From positions 371,814,001 through 371,878,000 of the forward strand of contig OZ024740.1 in NCBI GenBank assembly GCA_964016885.1: DNA of 64,000 nt, read 5' to 3'. The stretch's first letter is position 1. Every line of letters begins with the position of its first letter. This DNA is from Eledone cirrhosa (taxonomy: Eukaryota). This document shows, piece by piece, positions 40,653 to 54,260 of the stretch. The translations under genes and the position numbers were made by a program. The notes below the pieces were generated by a model that worked only from the letters and a program-made list of their open reading frames with translations, had not been told where the DNA came from and searched no databases.

Positions 40653-41034
40653 ATTAAAGGTGGAAAACTGGGAGAGGGCACTTGCCCTGGTGGTCAGGGT
40701 CACTGTAGCTTTTTAATGGGCTTTCTCCACGAATGTCCCTCGGAAGTCTCCCCCCTATTGGGGAATTTTTTATTGTTCTATTATTACATCCTCTGTTTCT
40801 TGTTTTTTACACGCAGAAATGCCCATTTGTACCGCCCTGTATTGTCCTGTATAGACCCTTGTGGTTAATAAAGAAAGCATTTTCCCCCTACACATAAATA
40901 TAGTAAAATGTTTAATAGAAACACTATTAAAATTTCTTACTCTACGACTCCTAACCTTGCACATAACATCACAGCTTCAAATTTAGCTAAACTACCTAGC
41001 CGTAGGAACACGTGCAACCCTGTAGTTAGTACTA

Positions 41035-41469
41035 ACTGTAATTGTAGGAATCGGGCTGATTTCCGGGAAATGTCTCTCTCGTAACATTGTCTACAAATGT
41101 AAGGTTGTAACACCCACGTCCAGTAGGGCCTACATAGGGTTAACTGCCAATAGTTTCAAGCAGCGTCTTTACATGCATACCCATTCTTTTGGTTACCCTC
41201 TAAGAAGGAATATGACGTCACTTTCAGCTTATATCTGGAGTCTAAAAGACAACCACACCCAATATAAGTTACACTGGGAGATCCTAGCTAGGGCTAGATC
41301 GTATAACGGAAATAAAAGACCATGTGACCTCTGCGCCGCTGAGGCCCTGGAAATACTCTACGCCACAGACCACATCTTAAACAAAAAATCTGAGGCAATT
41401 TCGGCTTGTAAACATAAATTGCACAAAACTTTCCTGTATTACAGCCCCACGTTATACCCTAACGGATAG
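41035..41469 (+). pseudogene. Penelope GIY-YIG endonuclease fragment
   Basis: CNCR, NIVYKC, AYIGLTANSFKQRL, TSLSAYIWSLK, WEIL, CDLCAAE and LNKKSE..C.HK, the motif series of Penelope-like element endonucleases. Confidence 0.85.
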
Positions 41470-42395
41470 CACTATCTATACGTGGATATTTTACGTCTTG
41501 ATGTGGGAGCTAAGTATATGTTTTGTTTATTCCTTTACTTATTTGCATAGGTAAGTATATAATACCCGTATGTTTTGTGAAGGTATGTATACCTTCTCGT
41601 ACGTATATTTGACTGTTATGGCGTATAATTTTTACATATTCTGGTATTTAGGGTTTGGTTATGTGTATATGGGAGTTTTGCGTCTGCGTGAGTATGCAGG
41701 TTCGTACGTATGGTGGGTGTGTGTATATGTGTACTTCTTGTTTTAGTTGACTTACGTCTCCGAACTTTCGTGTATTTATTTGTAGGTATGTGTGTGCGCT
41801 TGTTATATACGTATTTATTTACTTATATACGTTTATATAATTATTTATTTATTTGTACACAAGCATACACACATACACATATTTATATGTGCGTGGTTTT
41901 GTATACCTATGGTAAGGTTTTGCGTATGCTTGTGTATGTACGTATCTGTTTGCGTGTATGTATTTATTTGTTTCTATTACTTCTGTATTGTATTTATTTA
42001 CTTTGTTCTTAACTCTGTAGCGGAGATTCATTCTGTCTCCTATTTAGAATTTTAGTCTACAACTTCCGCTATACCATTTACGTGGTTTTGTCTTTGCGTG
42101 CTATTGTTCTCTACGCTCCACATATGACTTATTATCTTCGTTTTTTCGTTCATTGCCAGAGAACGTCTCTATGCACCACTTAGAGAACATTAGTCTACGA
42201 CCTCTTTTATACCATAAACGTGGTTCTGTCTTTGCGCGTAATTGTTTTTCACCGCTCCTATTAATGACGTATTATTCGTTTTTCCCGTTCTTTGCCAGCG
42301 AACGTCACCATGAACCAAAGTATCGTCTTCCTGTCTTCCTCCGGTTGCAACGTTTTTTGAAATATCCAGTTCTGCGTTTACAGATTGACTTTGTT

Positions 42396-42446
42396 AGTTT
42401 CAGAAGATCCCGTTAAGGGTGAAAGCAGCGATTCTTTGCTTAAACT
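42396..42446 (+). ncRNA. Type-I hammerhead motif with one core mutation
   Basis: AGTTT CAGAAGA TCCC GTTAA GGGT GAAA GCAG CGATTCT TTGC TT AAACT; stems I-III pair, but the core reads CAGA instead of CTGA. Confidence 0.6.
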
Positions 42447-43004
42447 TTAATTTGTTATATTAATAAATATTTGCTCTTCGGTTCTTATATATTTGATATA
42501 TATTTTCCTTATCGAGCCCTCTTTGGATTTTAGTCTTCAATTTTATTATTATTACTATATATATATATATATATATTTAAATTAGTGAGACATAGATTTG
42601 TCTGTAACTAGTAGATTGGTATATGTTAAGTTGGCATAGCCGAGACAACCATTTCATCAGTTAAAACACTAACATATCAACATAATGTAAACCTATGAGC
42701 GGGAAAGACATGAATTGTGAAATGGGTGAGAATAGCCATAGCGAACAAGTTCACTTCGTATTTTAACGCACGCAAACAAGTATACACTCGCATGTACGTG
42801 CGTACACTCATATGTACGTGCGTACACTCATATGTACGTGCGTACACTCACACACAGGGAAGAGATGTAGAGATAGATATGACAAAAGAAAATACAGAGA
42901 TAGGAATAATGAAAGTGTGATGCAGATAAGGAAAGAAGATGAAAGAGCTAGTAATTAAATCAAATGAAAGAAGTATATATATATATACATACATTCCTAC
43001 ATAG

Positions 43005-43132
<128 letters not shown>

Positions 43133-43939
43133 TATATATTTATATATATATATCATATATATTTATATATATATATATATATTATATATATATATATGCG
43201 TGTGGGTGTGTGTAGAGAGAGAGAGGGAATGAAAGAGAGAGAAAGAAAGAGAGAGAGAGTGTGGTGGTGAGAGAGAGAGAGTGTGGGGAGAGATAGTCAG
43301 AATGAAAAGGAAAAATGAAGAAGTATAGTGTAATATATTAAGTTGAAAATTAATTAGATTTGAAGAAATTTATAGACGGTTTCCTATTGTTTGTTAGTTA
43401 GACGTATATATCGTTATGGTTGGGTGAGACAAATGATTAACTGAATTTCAAACTGGTATTAGATAGATAATTTACAAGTACTGATACGAATATTGTTTTT
43501 CTCAGAACTCAGTAACGTTAAGAATATCTGTGTGTAAGATGGCTGTATTTGTAAAGTTAAGATTTATTGCGAAATATTTTACATAAAATGCCGTGTAGTT
43601 ATGTTGAATGAGCCAAGTAAAATTCAATGTATTGTGCTACATTAGAGGCAAAACATATCACCAACTGCAGATATTAACATAAATCCTCGAACTTTTATCT
43701 CAATATTTTAAGCAATCAAATGATTTACTCCTAAATACACACTTGTACACACACACAAATACAAGTATACACATACACGGACCCCCCCCCCCATATATAC
43801 TTCAAAACTGAAGAGTGAATGGTGCAGAACAAGCGTACCAAATTTGATTCAAACCGAAATGACCCATGAAACGTAAAATAGTTTTGAAGGCGTAAGGCTA
43901 ATTACACACTCGCGCAGGCCCAGACGCACATGTATATGA

Positions 43940-44557
43940 GGTTTCACCTCACAAATCTTTTGTGTGGTGAAATCATCGGTAAAAGCAAAAGGAATAGGTG
44001 AATATTTAAATTATATTTTTTAATTTATTTAAAAAAATTGTTTGAATCTTGCTTGCTCCGCTTATCTCAATTTTATAGTTCTGGTGTGTCAAATTAATAC
44101 CATAGAACAACCACTGTATCATAGACACCCTATATATTTCCAGAGGTACTTAGTACCTGTGGGGATATTGATCTCCTTTTTATATAATCTCCTATGTGTA
44201 GAGAAAAAATCCGTTGCTTTATTTAGCTGCTAGTTTTAGTGGCGTGATAGACAACACGTCTATGTTTACTTCCGCTTCTACTAAGGGCTGGTTCATGAAC
44301 AGGTCAAGTTTACGGCCTCATTCGATCCTGTACTAGCTGGCAGATGGCAATATATATTGCCGTTCCTGGGACTTTTCGTCCTAGGTAGGGAAAATGCTTT
44401 CTGAAGATCCGAACATTTCCATTAGTAGTCCTTAGAATTTCCAATCTTTTGTGAGGTGAAACCGTCGGTAAAAGCAAAAGGAATAGGTGAATATTTAAAT
44501 TATACTTTTTAATTTATTTAAAAAAATTGTTCGAATCTTGCTTGCTCCGGTTATCTC

Positions 44558-44560
<3 letters not shown>
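43940..44560 (+). mobile_element. Non-autonomous hammerhead retroelement: short 5' fold-back, ~118-bp direct repeats and (TA)n tail
   Basis: GGTTTCACCTCACAAA (43940-43955) is inverted relative to the repeat start; direct repeats at 43954-44071 and 44443-44560. Confidence 0.8.
44395..44476 (+). ncRNA. Type-I hammerhead ribozyme motif
   Basis: TGCTTT CTGAAGA TCC...GGT GAAA CCGTCGG TA AAAGCA: perfect 6-bp stem I, near-palindromic stem III, GUA triplet; stem II is weak. Confidence 0.8.
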
Positions 44561-44604
<44 letters not shown>

Positions 44605-44617
44605 TATATATATATAT

Positions 44618-44671
<54 letters not shown>

Positions 44672-44708
44672 CATGTGTGTGTGTGTATATATGTGTATGT
44701 ATATAAAA

Positions 44709-44769
<61 letters not shown>

Positions 44770-45089
44770 CATATATTAGGATCCCTGCATGCATGCAATA
44801 CTTTTTATTTGAGTCAATAGTTCTGATTTCAAATGGTCAAATGTGTTGCATAACTTAGTCATACAATATAGTATATTTGCTATTGTTAATATTATTTAGC
44901 TCCAAGTCAACTTTGATCGAGCATATCTATGTCACGTGAACGATCCGCCAGAAATCTAGATGCGGTCGATCAACAGTCAGTCGATCGACAAGATCACAGA
45001 CCTGGGTGAAGCTCATCAAATCGGGCCGAGGAAACAATGTTTCCATTGGTCTTTCCAATTGCTAATACTATCTATCGGTCGCAAATCCA

Positions 45090-45217
45090 GGCAGAAGGAG
45101 CAATGTGAAATATAGTGTCTTGCTCAAGGACATAACGCATCGTCTCGTCCAGGATTCGAACTCACAACCTCTCGATTGAGAATCCAATTCTCTAACCACT
45201 CAGCCACGCACCTTCAC
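45090..45217 (-). mobile_element. SINE family 2, 5' part
   Basis: Minus strand GTGAAGGTGCGTGGCTGAGTGGTTAGAG, GAGTTCGAATCC, CCTTGAGCAAGACACT. Confidence 0.85.
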
Positions 45218-46315
45218 AGACAGCTAAAATTATTCCCTCATAATTTCACTGTGGTGAGATAAAAACTTGCAGTATAACCACTTTGCTTTTCATAGCGAGG
45301 CTAAATGTATACGTATTAAGAAAAGGAGTAACTTCTATTTCAGATTTGTCTCATTCAACATATTATCACGTTTTCTGTTGTTCAAATGTAGTGTATCCAA
45401 GCTCACAGTACACAATGTGACTTTTCCTTTCTAAGACAGTATGGTGTAATTTGCGAGAGATCTGGCTACTGTTTCTAAGAAGTTGAAACTTTTTAACAGT
45501 CAAGTTGCACATAAACTTACCAAATTGTTGGATATATCATAGTATGTTAGCTGAACTTATTGTATAATCGTATTATCAATTCAAGCACCCTAAAGTGTTT
45601 ATTTGCTTTCTAGATATAATCCGGTTATCTTGTAGAGTTGCTGCCCAGAAAGAATATTAGGATTCCCTTTGACCTTACACTGTGGATTTCACTAAGCAAT
45701 GTTAGAAATTCTAATATAAATCAATTTATATTGTGAAGTCATGTTTACTATAAACAAGCATTTCCCTTGAAGCAAGAGTTAAAGATTGGAAAAAAAAAAA
45801 TGTTATAAAAGTTAGAGAAAGTTTCAGCAGGTGAATATTGAGTCAAGCCAAGATATGACATTTGCCATGGCTTAAAGTGGAAAAGTACGACAGTAGGAAG
45901 AAACCACTATGTCAAAATACTCAACTGCAGTAATGCTGGTCCAGATGTTTCACGAAGGTACAACAGTGCAACAAACTCCCAGTAAAAAACTGCTCCCTAA
46001 ACAATATAAATTATTTTTAACCAAGACGAACGTGGCAAAAGAGATACAAAAAACAAAACCTTCTAGCTATCACACAGCACCATCCTATGCTATTACCAAA
46101 GTGCACCCCACCCCCAAGCTATATTAGTGTTATCGCCTATTGATTATAACCAGCCAAGTTCGCACTATTTGCAAATGACCATCTCCCGCAAATGTTCTAT
46201 ACGCAAAATCTACATAGCCTTTAGCTAATTTTCATCTCAGTACCGAGTGAGTGAGTGTTACTGATGAGAGAATCACGAGGCACATTGATAAACATCTATC
46301 TATCTATCTATCTAT

Positions 46316-46826
46316 GGCTTTCTCTGTATATAAACCTGTAGGTTGAGGAAGACAAAAGAGGGAAGACGAAAACACTATAGAACGCGCTCCTGGTGTTGAG
46401 GGTTGTGTTATCTACATGGTGTAAAACAACCCCGCAGTAACATTCCCCGCTATTAAGGATTTCGATTGTTATTTTATTTTAATATATAGTGAAGGGCGGT
46501 AGATTGGCAGTATCGGTAGAGGGTCGGACGCCATGCTTTGCAAGATAAAGTTACAGCCCTTTATGATCTCAGTTCAATCCCGCCGAGGTTAATTTTGCCT
46601 TTCATTCTTACAGGGTCGATAAATAAATTACCAGTCACGCACTGGGGTCGATTTAATCGACTTTCCCCTTCCCTAAAATTGCTGGCTTTGTGCCTATATA
46701 AGAAAGCAATATATAATTTATTTTAATTTTTTAATGTTAAAGTTTACACAATTTTTATGTAAAATCCCCGCTCTCACGTGTTGTAATGTTCCATTTCTTG
46801 TACGCCCTAGTGGCAAATAAAGAAAA
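46316..46826 (+). mobile_element. Tx1 copy F1: ORF2 end plus 3' UTR only, inserted after (ATCT)n and interrupted by a SINE
   Basis: TCTCTGTATATAAACCTGTAGGTTGAGGAAG resembles 53303-53333; ends CGCCCTAGTGGCAAATAAAGAAA. Confidence 0.85.
46489..46707 (+). mobile_element. SINE family 1 copy with target-site duplication AATATATA (46481-46488 and 46708-46715)
   Basis: Full SINE head and body; identical 8-mers on both flanks. Confidence 0.9.
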
Positions 46827-47493
46827 ATGACAACGTGCTCGGTGAAATTCTGGGCGTAGAGGAAGACGAACTGGCCAGTCTGTTCGGTAGGACCTTCCGC
46901 CCGGGACCGATGGACAACTTCCAAAAGTCCCTGGCCTGGCAGTGCTACCGAGGAGCTCTACCAGTTCGAGACAAGCTCTACAGACATGGGCGCCCGGACA
47001 GGGACCCTGCAAAAAATATATGTCCGAGGTGCGTGCGAGACGAATGAAGAGGTTGTATGGTGGACAAGGTTGAAAGGGCTGAGGTCAGGCACCTTTCTCT
47101 CCAGCCAACAACTGATTCTTTTTTTCAAATACCACTTTGGAAGAAGAATCAGGAGGGAGAGAGAGGTGCTGTACCCCAGCAAGTTTTATGAAAGCTGGGT
47201 GAAAGTGGCGAGAATGGCCCGAGTGAATGGGCCTTCTCTCTATATCAGCCTGCAGGTTGAGGAAAAGTAGGAGGAGAGGAAAGGAGTACAAACTCTTCGT
47301 ACTCCTGGAGATGAGGGTTGCACTTTTTTTCGGGGGTATGTGTTACCCATATGAACTGTCTCCCCCTATTGGGGAAAATCGACTAATTTTTTAAATTGCA
47401 TTTGTGATAACATTTTACACTTTCTATTCTATGTAAACTTCCCCCTTTGTATTTGTCCCCTTCTTTTGTGCCCCTGTGGCTAATAAAGAAACA

Positions 47494-47548
<55 letters not shown>
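46827..47548 (+). mobile_element. Tx1 copy F2: 5'-truncated and internally deleted, with (ATCT)n tail
   Basis: LGEILGVEEDELASLFGRTFRPGPMDNFQKSLAWQCYRGALP matches copy E; about 185 bp missing at ~47045. Confidence 0.9.
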
Positions 47549-47755
47549 GAGGGTTGCACATTTTTTTCGGGGGTATGTGTTACCCATATAAACTGTCTCC
47601 CTCTATTGGGGAAAATCGACTAACTTTTAAATTCCATCTGTGATAACATTTTACACGTTTTTATTGTATGTAAACTTCCCCCTTTGTATTTGTCCCCTTC
47701 TTTTGTGCCCCTGTGGCTAATAAAGAAATATATCTATCTATCTATCTATCTATCT
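47549..47755 (+). mobile_element. Tx1 copy F3: 3' UTR-only duplicate of F2 with (ATCT)n tail
   Basis: Near-identical to 47312-47491. Confidence 0.9.
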
Positions 47756-48052
47756 TTCTGTCTGACGTGTGGAACATCGCCGGTAAGTTTTTTGTTAATT
47801 TCTATGCAAAAAGCCGATCTAATTGTTTGAAAAAAACACACTTTGTAGATTAACTCCCAAGCTGAATTGTCAGCTGGGTGGTAATCCCATTTTTCGCCCC
47901 TGTAGGGGCGAAAATTTTATTTTAAAAATTTGTTTTCAAATATCAGATTTTACAAAGTAAAAAACTTGAGCAACACTAGAACGCTGGAGAACGTTAATAG
48001 AGAAAAGAGAGAGAAAGAGGCAGATATTAACGTTATATCTGCTTCTGCTACT

Positions 48053-49863
48053 ATGGACGTCGCCATAGATACAACTGTCACAAAAGAAAAAAATATATTA
48101 ACATTTGAAAATTTTACAATTTCTACCGCCGAAGCGGAAAAAAATAACAATAACACACAGGAAAACACAGCAAAAAAACCCATTGACATACATACACATG
48201 AAAAAGACATCAACAACTCTACAGATACATCTACACATAAAGTTTCACCTCGACAAGGAACTGAGATTTCCAATAACGATAACAACATCATCAACAGCAA
48301 CACCACACAAAAAAAGAAAATGTCTTTCGCTGACACAGTGAACAAAAAACAAGATTTTATAAATCTTGATATCTCCAACGCAAGAGATATGTTCCAGCAA
48401 GGGAGAAAATTTGTAACTTTCGAAGAAAGAGGTGGGTTTAGAATTAACTCACCCTTGAAATAAAGGAAGACACAAACCGCTGATCAGTCACTTTTAGGAC
48501 TGTGTCAAATTCGTCAAGAAAGCCGACATTTGTTAATCAAGCAGATATAGAAGATTCTTTCAAGGAAATTCTAGCAAATGTCGATTTTCTCCAGCGAGGA
48601 AAACAGTACGGAAGTGTTTCCGTACTGTTTAAAAGCGACGCACGCACCCAAAAAAACTCTGTGACACCAATAGTGTCAAAAGCATACACCTTTTTCCCTA
48701 CATACATGGGGAAAAGGACACAAAAATAAAAATAAAAAACATACCTCCAAGCATTAACATCTGGTGGATCTTGGCTGGCTTCGTAGAGCCAGAAACAGAC
48801 ATAATACTTTCGATACGAAAATCTATTCGACAAAAGTGGGCGGGCACAGACTTGGAGATTCTGTTGCAAATGAAACCGGAGAGAATCTCCAAAATACCCG
48901 AAAGAGTCGTTATTGATAATAACAACAAAATAAACATTTCGGTAGAAGGACGAAAATTTCATTGCTTTCGCTGTGGTAGCACAGCTCACCTAAAAGCCTC
49001 TTGTCCACAAACACACAACAACAACATCATAAAAAAACGCTATTACCAACACCAACACCAAAACAACCACCACCACCACAAGTACAACGACAGACGAAAC
49101 GAGCAACCACACCAAAACAAACAGACACTCAACCAACAACAACAGAAAAAACAGAGACAACACCCCTGAAGAACACATCCCCACTCCATCCCACTCCATC
49201 AACCACTACCACAAACACACATACCGAAACACCACCACCACCACACAACATACCCTTACCCCACACACCTGATGATGATTATTCATCGACGGATGAAGCT
49301 GCTTCTCCTTCTTTAAGTGAAGAAGAGGGAGAACCGCGGAAATCTAAAAAACAAAAAAAGAGACACCACAAAACCCCCAAAACTCCAATCACCAACACCA
49401 ACAGACAACCACAGACACAAACAACAACACAAACAACACCACAGTCAAACATCCCCCTATCAGCAAAACCAGCACCAACACCACCCCAAACACAAGCACC
49501 CACCATAAAAAGAAAACTCCCGGATGAACAACAAACTAAAACAACACAACAAAAACACAAACAACAATACGCATACATCAACACAAACAACAAGAGTTTG
49601 ATGGAGGTCATCTCCCAAAACCCCAAGGTGGAACGGAGGGAAAAACTTTCGTCAAGGCAGAATCGTCTCCACACCTTAAACTTATAAGGGTTTCTATGGA
49701 AACCTATAAAGACCGTAAAATTAAATTTTCACAGGATGTGGGCAACCCCTGCCAGAAACCCATCAACCGCGTCCTGTTGAAATGTTTCCCCACCCCACCC
49801 AACACCCCATCCAGCTCCCAAATGGAGATTGAACAACCCGATCTCCAGGAAACGAAAAGGTAA
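48053..49863 (+). pseudogene. Tx1 ORF1 of copy D, frameshifted
   Basis: MSFADTV, LQRGKQYGSVSVLFKS, FPTYMGKRT, CFRCGSTAHLKASC knuckle, C-terminal MEIEQPD; start codon uncertain. Confidence 0.85.
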
Positions 49864-49904
49864 GTGCACCTTTCGTCCTTTTTCTCCAACTTTTCTTCAC
49901 CAAC

Positions 49905-52900
49905 ATGGCTGGTTTACGAGTTGGAACCGTGAATGTGCGTGGCCTAGGGATGCCCTGGAAACAGGGCCAACTTTTAAACGACCTTAGGTCACACAGTATG
50001 GATGTGATAGCCATCACCGAGTCCAGGATCCACAACAGGCAGCAAAGAACCCCCATCTTCGACGACTTTGAGATCTACGCATCTCTCTGTCAGCCAGGAG
50101 GTGGAGGTGGAGTGGCTGTTATGTTTCGGAAGAACCTGGACGTCGGAGGGTAGACTGGTAGTCCTAGACGTGAACAGTATCGGAGGTGGAGCCTTCAGAC
50201 TGGTGGCCGTTTATGCCCCGACCGGGCAATCGCAATCACGGCCAGACTTCTTTAAGCGTCTAGAGTCTTTTCTGGGAACGTCTCGCTCCTTACTTTTAGT
50301 GGGGGACTGGAATGGTATCCTAGATGCACGATGGGACTATGTGGGAGCATGTCCCAGTAGAGCGGGGTGCAACAGCCTCAAAACTTTAATCGGTCAATTC
50401 CAACTGGCCGATAGGTATCGACTGGATTTCCCGACTGCACCACAGTGGACGTGGGTAAACCGCAGTGGGACATCTAGATCGTATTTAGATAGGTTCTTCA
50501 TTAGAGAAAGGGACAAAGAGATGTTAAGCTGTCCACGAATGCACATGGTTGCCTATTCAGATCACAAGTTAGTCGTCTGCTTAGTCAACCGTGATAGAAT
50601 ACATAGACAGGGTCCCGGATACTGGAAGCTGAACGTGTCGTTGCCGGCACGTAAAGCTTACAGTGAACGGATAAGTAGACTAGTCAAGCAACAGTTAACG
50701 GGAGCCATCGTCAACAATAGATGGTGGTACTCTCTCAAGAAAGCAATTAGAATAGAATCGATAGGGTATAGCAGAGAGTTAGCCTTAGAGAAAAACAGAA
50801 TAGAAAGAGAACTAGTAGCCAAGGTAGAGGAGGCACTTAGAAGTGGCAACGCGGCTAGAGTGTTAGCGTCGAGAACGGCACTGGACCAGCTCTTCGATGC
50901 GAAACACGAAGGCTGCGTGGTCAGAAGCAAAACACGTGCTCTAGGAAACGAAGGAGCGAAAGCTGTCAGCTGGGCCCGAGTGGCGGAGGCAAAAAGTGGC
51001 AACAAGTCCACGATTCGGTCTTTGAAAGACCAAAACGGACGCGTCCTACTTGACCCCAAGCAAATGTGCGCGGCCTTTCAGCGGCACTTTGCGCGACTGT
51101 TTGAGCAGAACGACGGTGAGCCGAACGGGGCAATGGACTTTAGTTCATACCTCGACGGCCTGCCGCGTCTCTCGAAGACGGACGCCGAGTTCTGCGAAAG
51201 ACCGATCACGGACACTAAGATACGGGACGCTCTGGGCCGCTGCGGGAAACGCAAGTCACCCGGTCTAGATGGTCTACCCTACGAATTTTACATAGGCATG
51301 CCGGACTTGTTCTCTGGCGTCCTCGAAGCCGTCTACTGCAATTGGCAGCAGAACAGGAGAATTCCCAGTTCTGCAGGCAAGGGCGTAGTAACGCTGATCA
51401 GGAAAGACGAGAACAAGGGGGACGAAATTAACAACTTCAGGCCCATAACTCTGCTCAACACAGAGTTAAAGATTTTGGCCAAGGTGCTAGCGACGAGGTT
51501 GGCGCTTGTCGTCGAGAACCTGGTAGGGAAAGCGCAAACGTGTGCAATCCCGACCAGGTCCATACACGACAACCTCCACCTCATGCAATACATCATAGAG
51601 AGGGTGGGTAGTAAACCCGGCTTCGGTGGGGTTCTGATCAACTTGGATCAGTCTAAGGCATTCGATAGTGTCGACCATCGACTTGGAAGCGGTTCTCAAG
51701 CCGGCCGGTTTCGGTCCCGTGTTCAGAAGATGGATCGAGGCGATGCACACCAGCATCTGCTCGAGGGTCAAGGTGAACGGCTACCTATCGGAGCCGTTCG
51801 CAATCACGCGTTCCATTCGACAGGGATGCCCTCTCTCTTCCATTCTGTATGTATTGACTCCAGAGCCACTACTGCGGAAATTGGAGCTGTTGCAGGGCAT
51901 CCCCCTAGAACCGGGACTGCGCAAAGCGGCGTCGGCTTATGCCGACGACGTATTGGTAATGGTGTCGAGCACCTCAGAAATCGGGGTGATCGGCAACTTA
52001 CTGAAAGAATACGAAACGCTGACGGGAGCAAAACTAAACCCAGACAAGTCTGTCGGTTTGCAACTCGGTACGTGGAGAGGCAAACCGATGACATCCGACA
52101 GCGTTGTTGGACGCTGGACGGACGGACCGGTGAAATTGCTCGGGGTCTGGTTCGGTCCAGACCTCCAGGTGGAGAAAGACTGGAACGAGGTCACGGCCAA
52201 GGTGTTTGCACTCACTCAGAAGTGGGCAGAGTGCAAACTGTCCTTGAAAGGTCGAGCGGAGGTGGCGAACACTTTCATAGCGTCCGTCATCTACTACCGC
52301 TTGACTGTCGTGCCTTGTCCCCGTGAACACCTCGCCAAGATGGAACGCATGCTCTTTCAATTTCTGTGGAAGAAGCAGGCTCCGCTGGTGAGGAGATCCG
52401 TCTGCTGTCAGCACCCTTCCAACGGAGGGCTGGGAATGCCGTGGCTGATGATGCGCAAACATGCGCTGAGGCTGCGGCATCTCCAGGTATTCCTCACCGA
52501 CCCCCAACCGGTGTGGGCACCGTTTGTGAGACAAACTTTCCCACAGCTCGTCTCGCTAACGGAGCTGCAGTCCTGGGTGAAGAAAAGACCGGAAACGATG
52601 GGCGCCTGGCACACTGAATGCGCTCAGGCGCTCACAGTCCTCTGGCAAGCGGGCGCAGCAATCAGTGGAGACTCCACTTCGACATTCTATAGAGGAATTG
52701 TACGTTACAAGGGCGACGACGTGCTCGGAGAGACTCTGGGCGTCGAAGACGATGAGCTCACCAGTCTGTTTGGTAGGACTTTCCGCCCGGGACCTATGGA
52801 CAACTTCCAGAGGTCCCTGGCCTGGCAGTGCTACCGAGGAGCTCTACCGGTTCGTGACAAGATCTACAGGCACGGACGCCCTGGCAGGGATCCTTCCAAG

Positions 52901-53323
52901 AGGACGTGTTCAAGATGTGCGCAGGACATTGAAACAGTTCTGCACGCAATTGTACACTGCCCGGGCGTAAGCGACATGTGGAACTATGCAGAACAACAGC
53001 TGTCGCGTATGGGACAAATCCAGTTGACTGCCGAGTCCATAGTAAGGATCAAACCGCCAGCCTCTTTCAAAAACGAAAGAGAAGCGGTTTTCCTCTGTAC
53101 GGTGGCTATGGTGAAAGAAGTTATATGGTGGACGAGGTTGAGAGGACTGAGGACAGATGCCTTTCTCTCCGGACAACAATTGATTCCCTTCTTTAAGTAT
53201 CACTTTAGAAGGAGAATCAGGGTGGAGAGAGAGGCACTGCACCCCAGTAAATTTACTGAAAAGTGGGTGAATGAAGCGAAAATGGCCCGTGTGATTGGGC
53301 CTTCTCTGTTTATAAGCCTGTAG
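49905..53323 (+). pseudogene. Tx1 ORF2 of copy D (two frameshifts)
   Basis: Pieces 49905-50153, 50068-52326 and 51668-53323 carry endonuclease, RT (IRQGCPLS, AYADD) and CSRC..ETVLHAIVHC. Confidence 0.94.
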
Positions 53324-53580
53324 GTTGAGGAAGAGAGCAAAATGAAGAAAGGACCACTTGCACAACACGCTCCTGGAGTTGAGGGTTGTTCTATCGACGG
53401 GGTATTAAACAACCCATTTGTGGCGCCTCCCCCCTATTGGGGATTTCGATTGTTGAAATTGTTTGTTTTTATATTTTTTACACGACTGTATGTAAAATCC
53501 CCGGCATGTCTTTGTATTGTCCCCTTTTCTTGTTGCGCCCTTGTGGCTAATAAAGAAATCAATCTATCTATCTATCTATC

Positions 53581-54236
53581 AATACCGTCCCACCCAATCC
53601 CTCCCCACCCAAAACAAATACAAAAACACACACACCGCAAACACTACCAGAAAACATACCCCTCCCACCCAACAAGGAAGACGAACCCCTTTCGTCGCAA
53701 GACGAAAAAGATCCCTTCCAACAAGTAAAAAGAAAGAAGAGGAGACGCACCACAGACACACATGTTAACTTTAACCCCCCCCCCCCCCAAACTACACACA
53801 AACCACCCCTCTCTGTTACACAACACTATCTGCTACACAAAAAAATACCTTACAATATACATGCATGAACACAGACAACAAAGAATTACGGAAAACAATT
53901 TCAGCAAACCCTTCGGTCCAAACCGAAGGGCCTAACTTTAAAACTGCTGTGGGACTACCTCATTTAAAAATGATAAATCCCAATGCACTTGTACAAAACA
54001 CTGAAAATAAATTTCACGGAGGACGTGGGCCCCCCCTGCGCCAAACCAATCAACCGCGTCCTCCTAAAAAATTTCACCCCCCCCCACCCCACCCAGACAC
54101 CCACTCAACCACAAACACCCCAACCCCACAACACACCGATGCCCCTTCACTTCCACAAACCACCACCCCACCCAACAACCCATCCCCAACCAGCATGGAA
54201 ATTGAGCGGCCCGTTTCCCGGGACGCAGAGAGGTAA
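53581..54236 (+). pseudogene. C-terminal part of Tx1 ORF1 of copy E
   Basis: MNTDNKELRKTISANP, FTEDVGPPCAKPINRVLLKNF and MEIERP align with the C-terminal blocks of B and D. Confidence 0.8.
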
Positions 54237-54260
54237 GTGCCTTTTCTCCTTACCACCAAC

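Larger units (their letters stand above)
35101..40876 (+). mobile_element. Tx1-type LINE copy C, apparently full length; no microsatellite tail, abuts a Penelope fragment
   Basis: Starts right after (ATT)8; ORF1 and ORF2 present; ends CCCTTGTGGTTAATAAAGAAA. Confidence 0.93.
40880..42550 (+). mobile_element. Penelope-like element 3' portion (GIY-YIG fragment, pseudo-LTR region, hammerhead)
   Basis: GIY-YIG coding remnant followed by a T-rich non-coding tract, a ~136-bp tandem duplication (42043-42299), a hammerhead motif and (TA)n. Confidence 0.75.
47756..53580 (+). mobile_element. Tx1-type LINE copy D, apparently full length, flanked by (ATCT)n on both sides
   Basis: 5' UTR, ORF1, ORF2, 3' UTR, AATAAAGAAATCA(ATCT)n. 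Confidence 0.93.

Noticed and set aside
46803-46814. Terminal box GCCCTAGTGGC resembling a CTCF site
   Set aside because: Two bases shorter than the CTCF core spacing; better explained as an RNA 3'-end signal.
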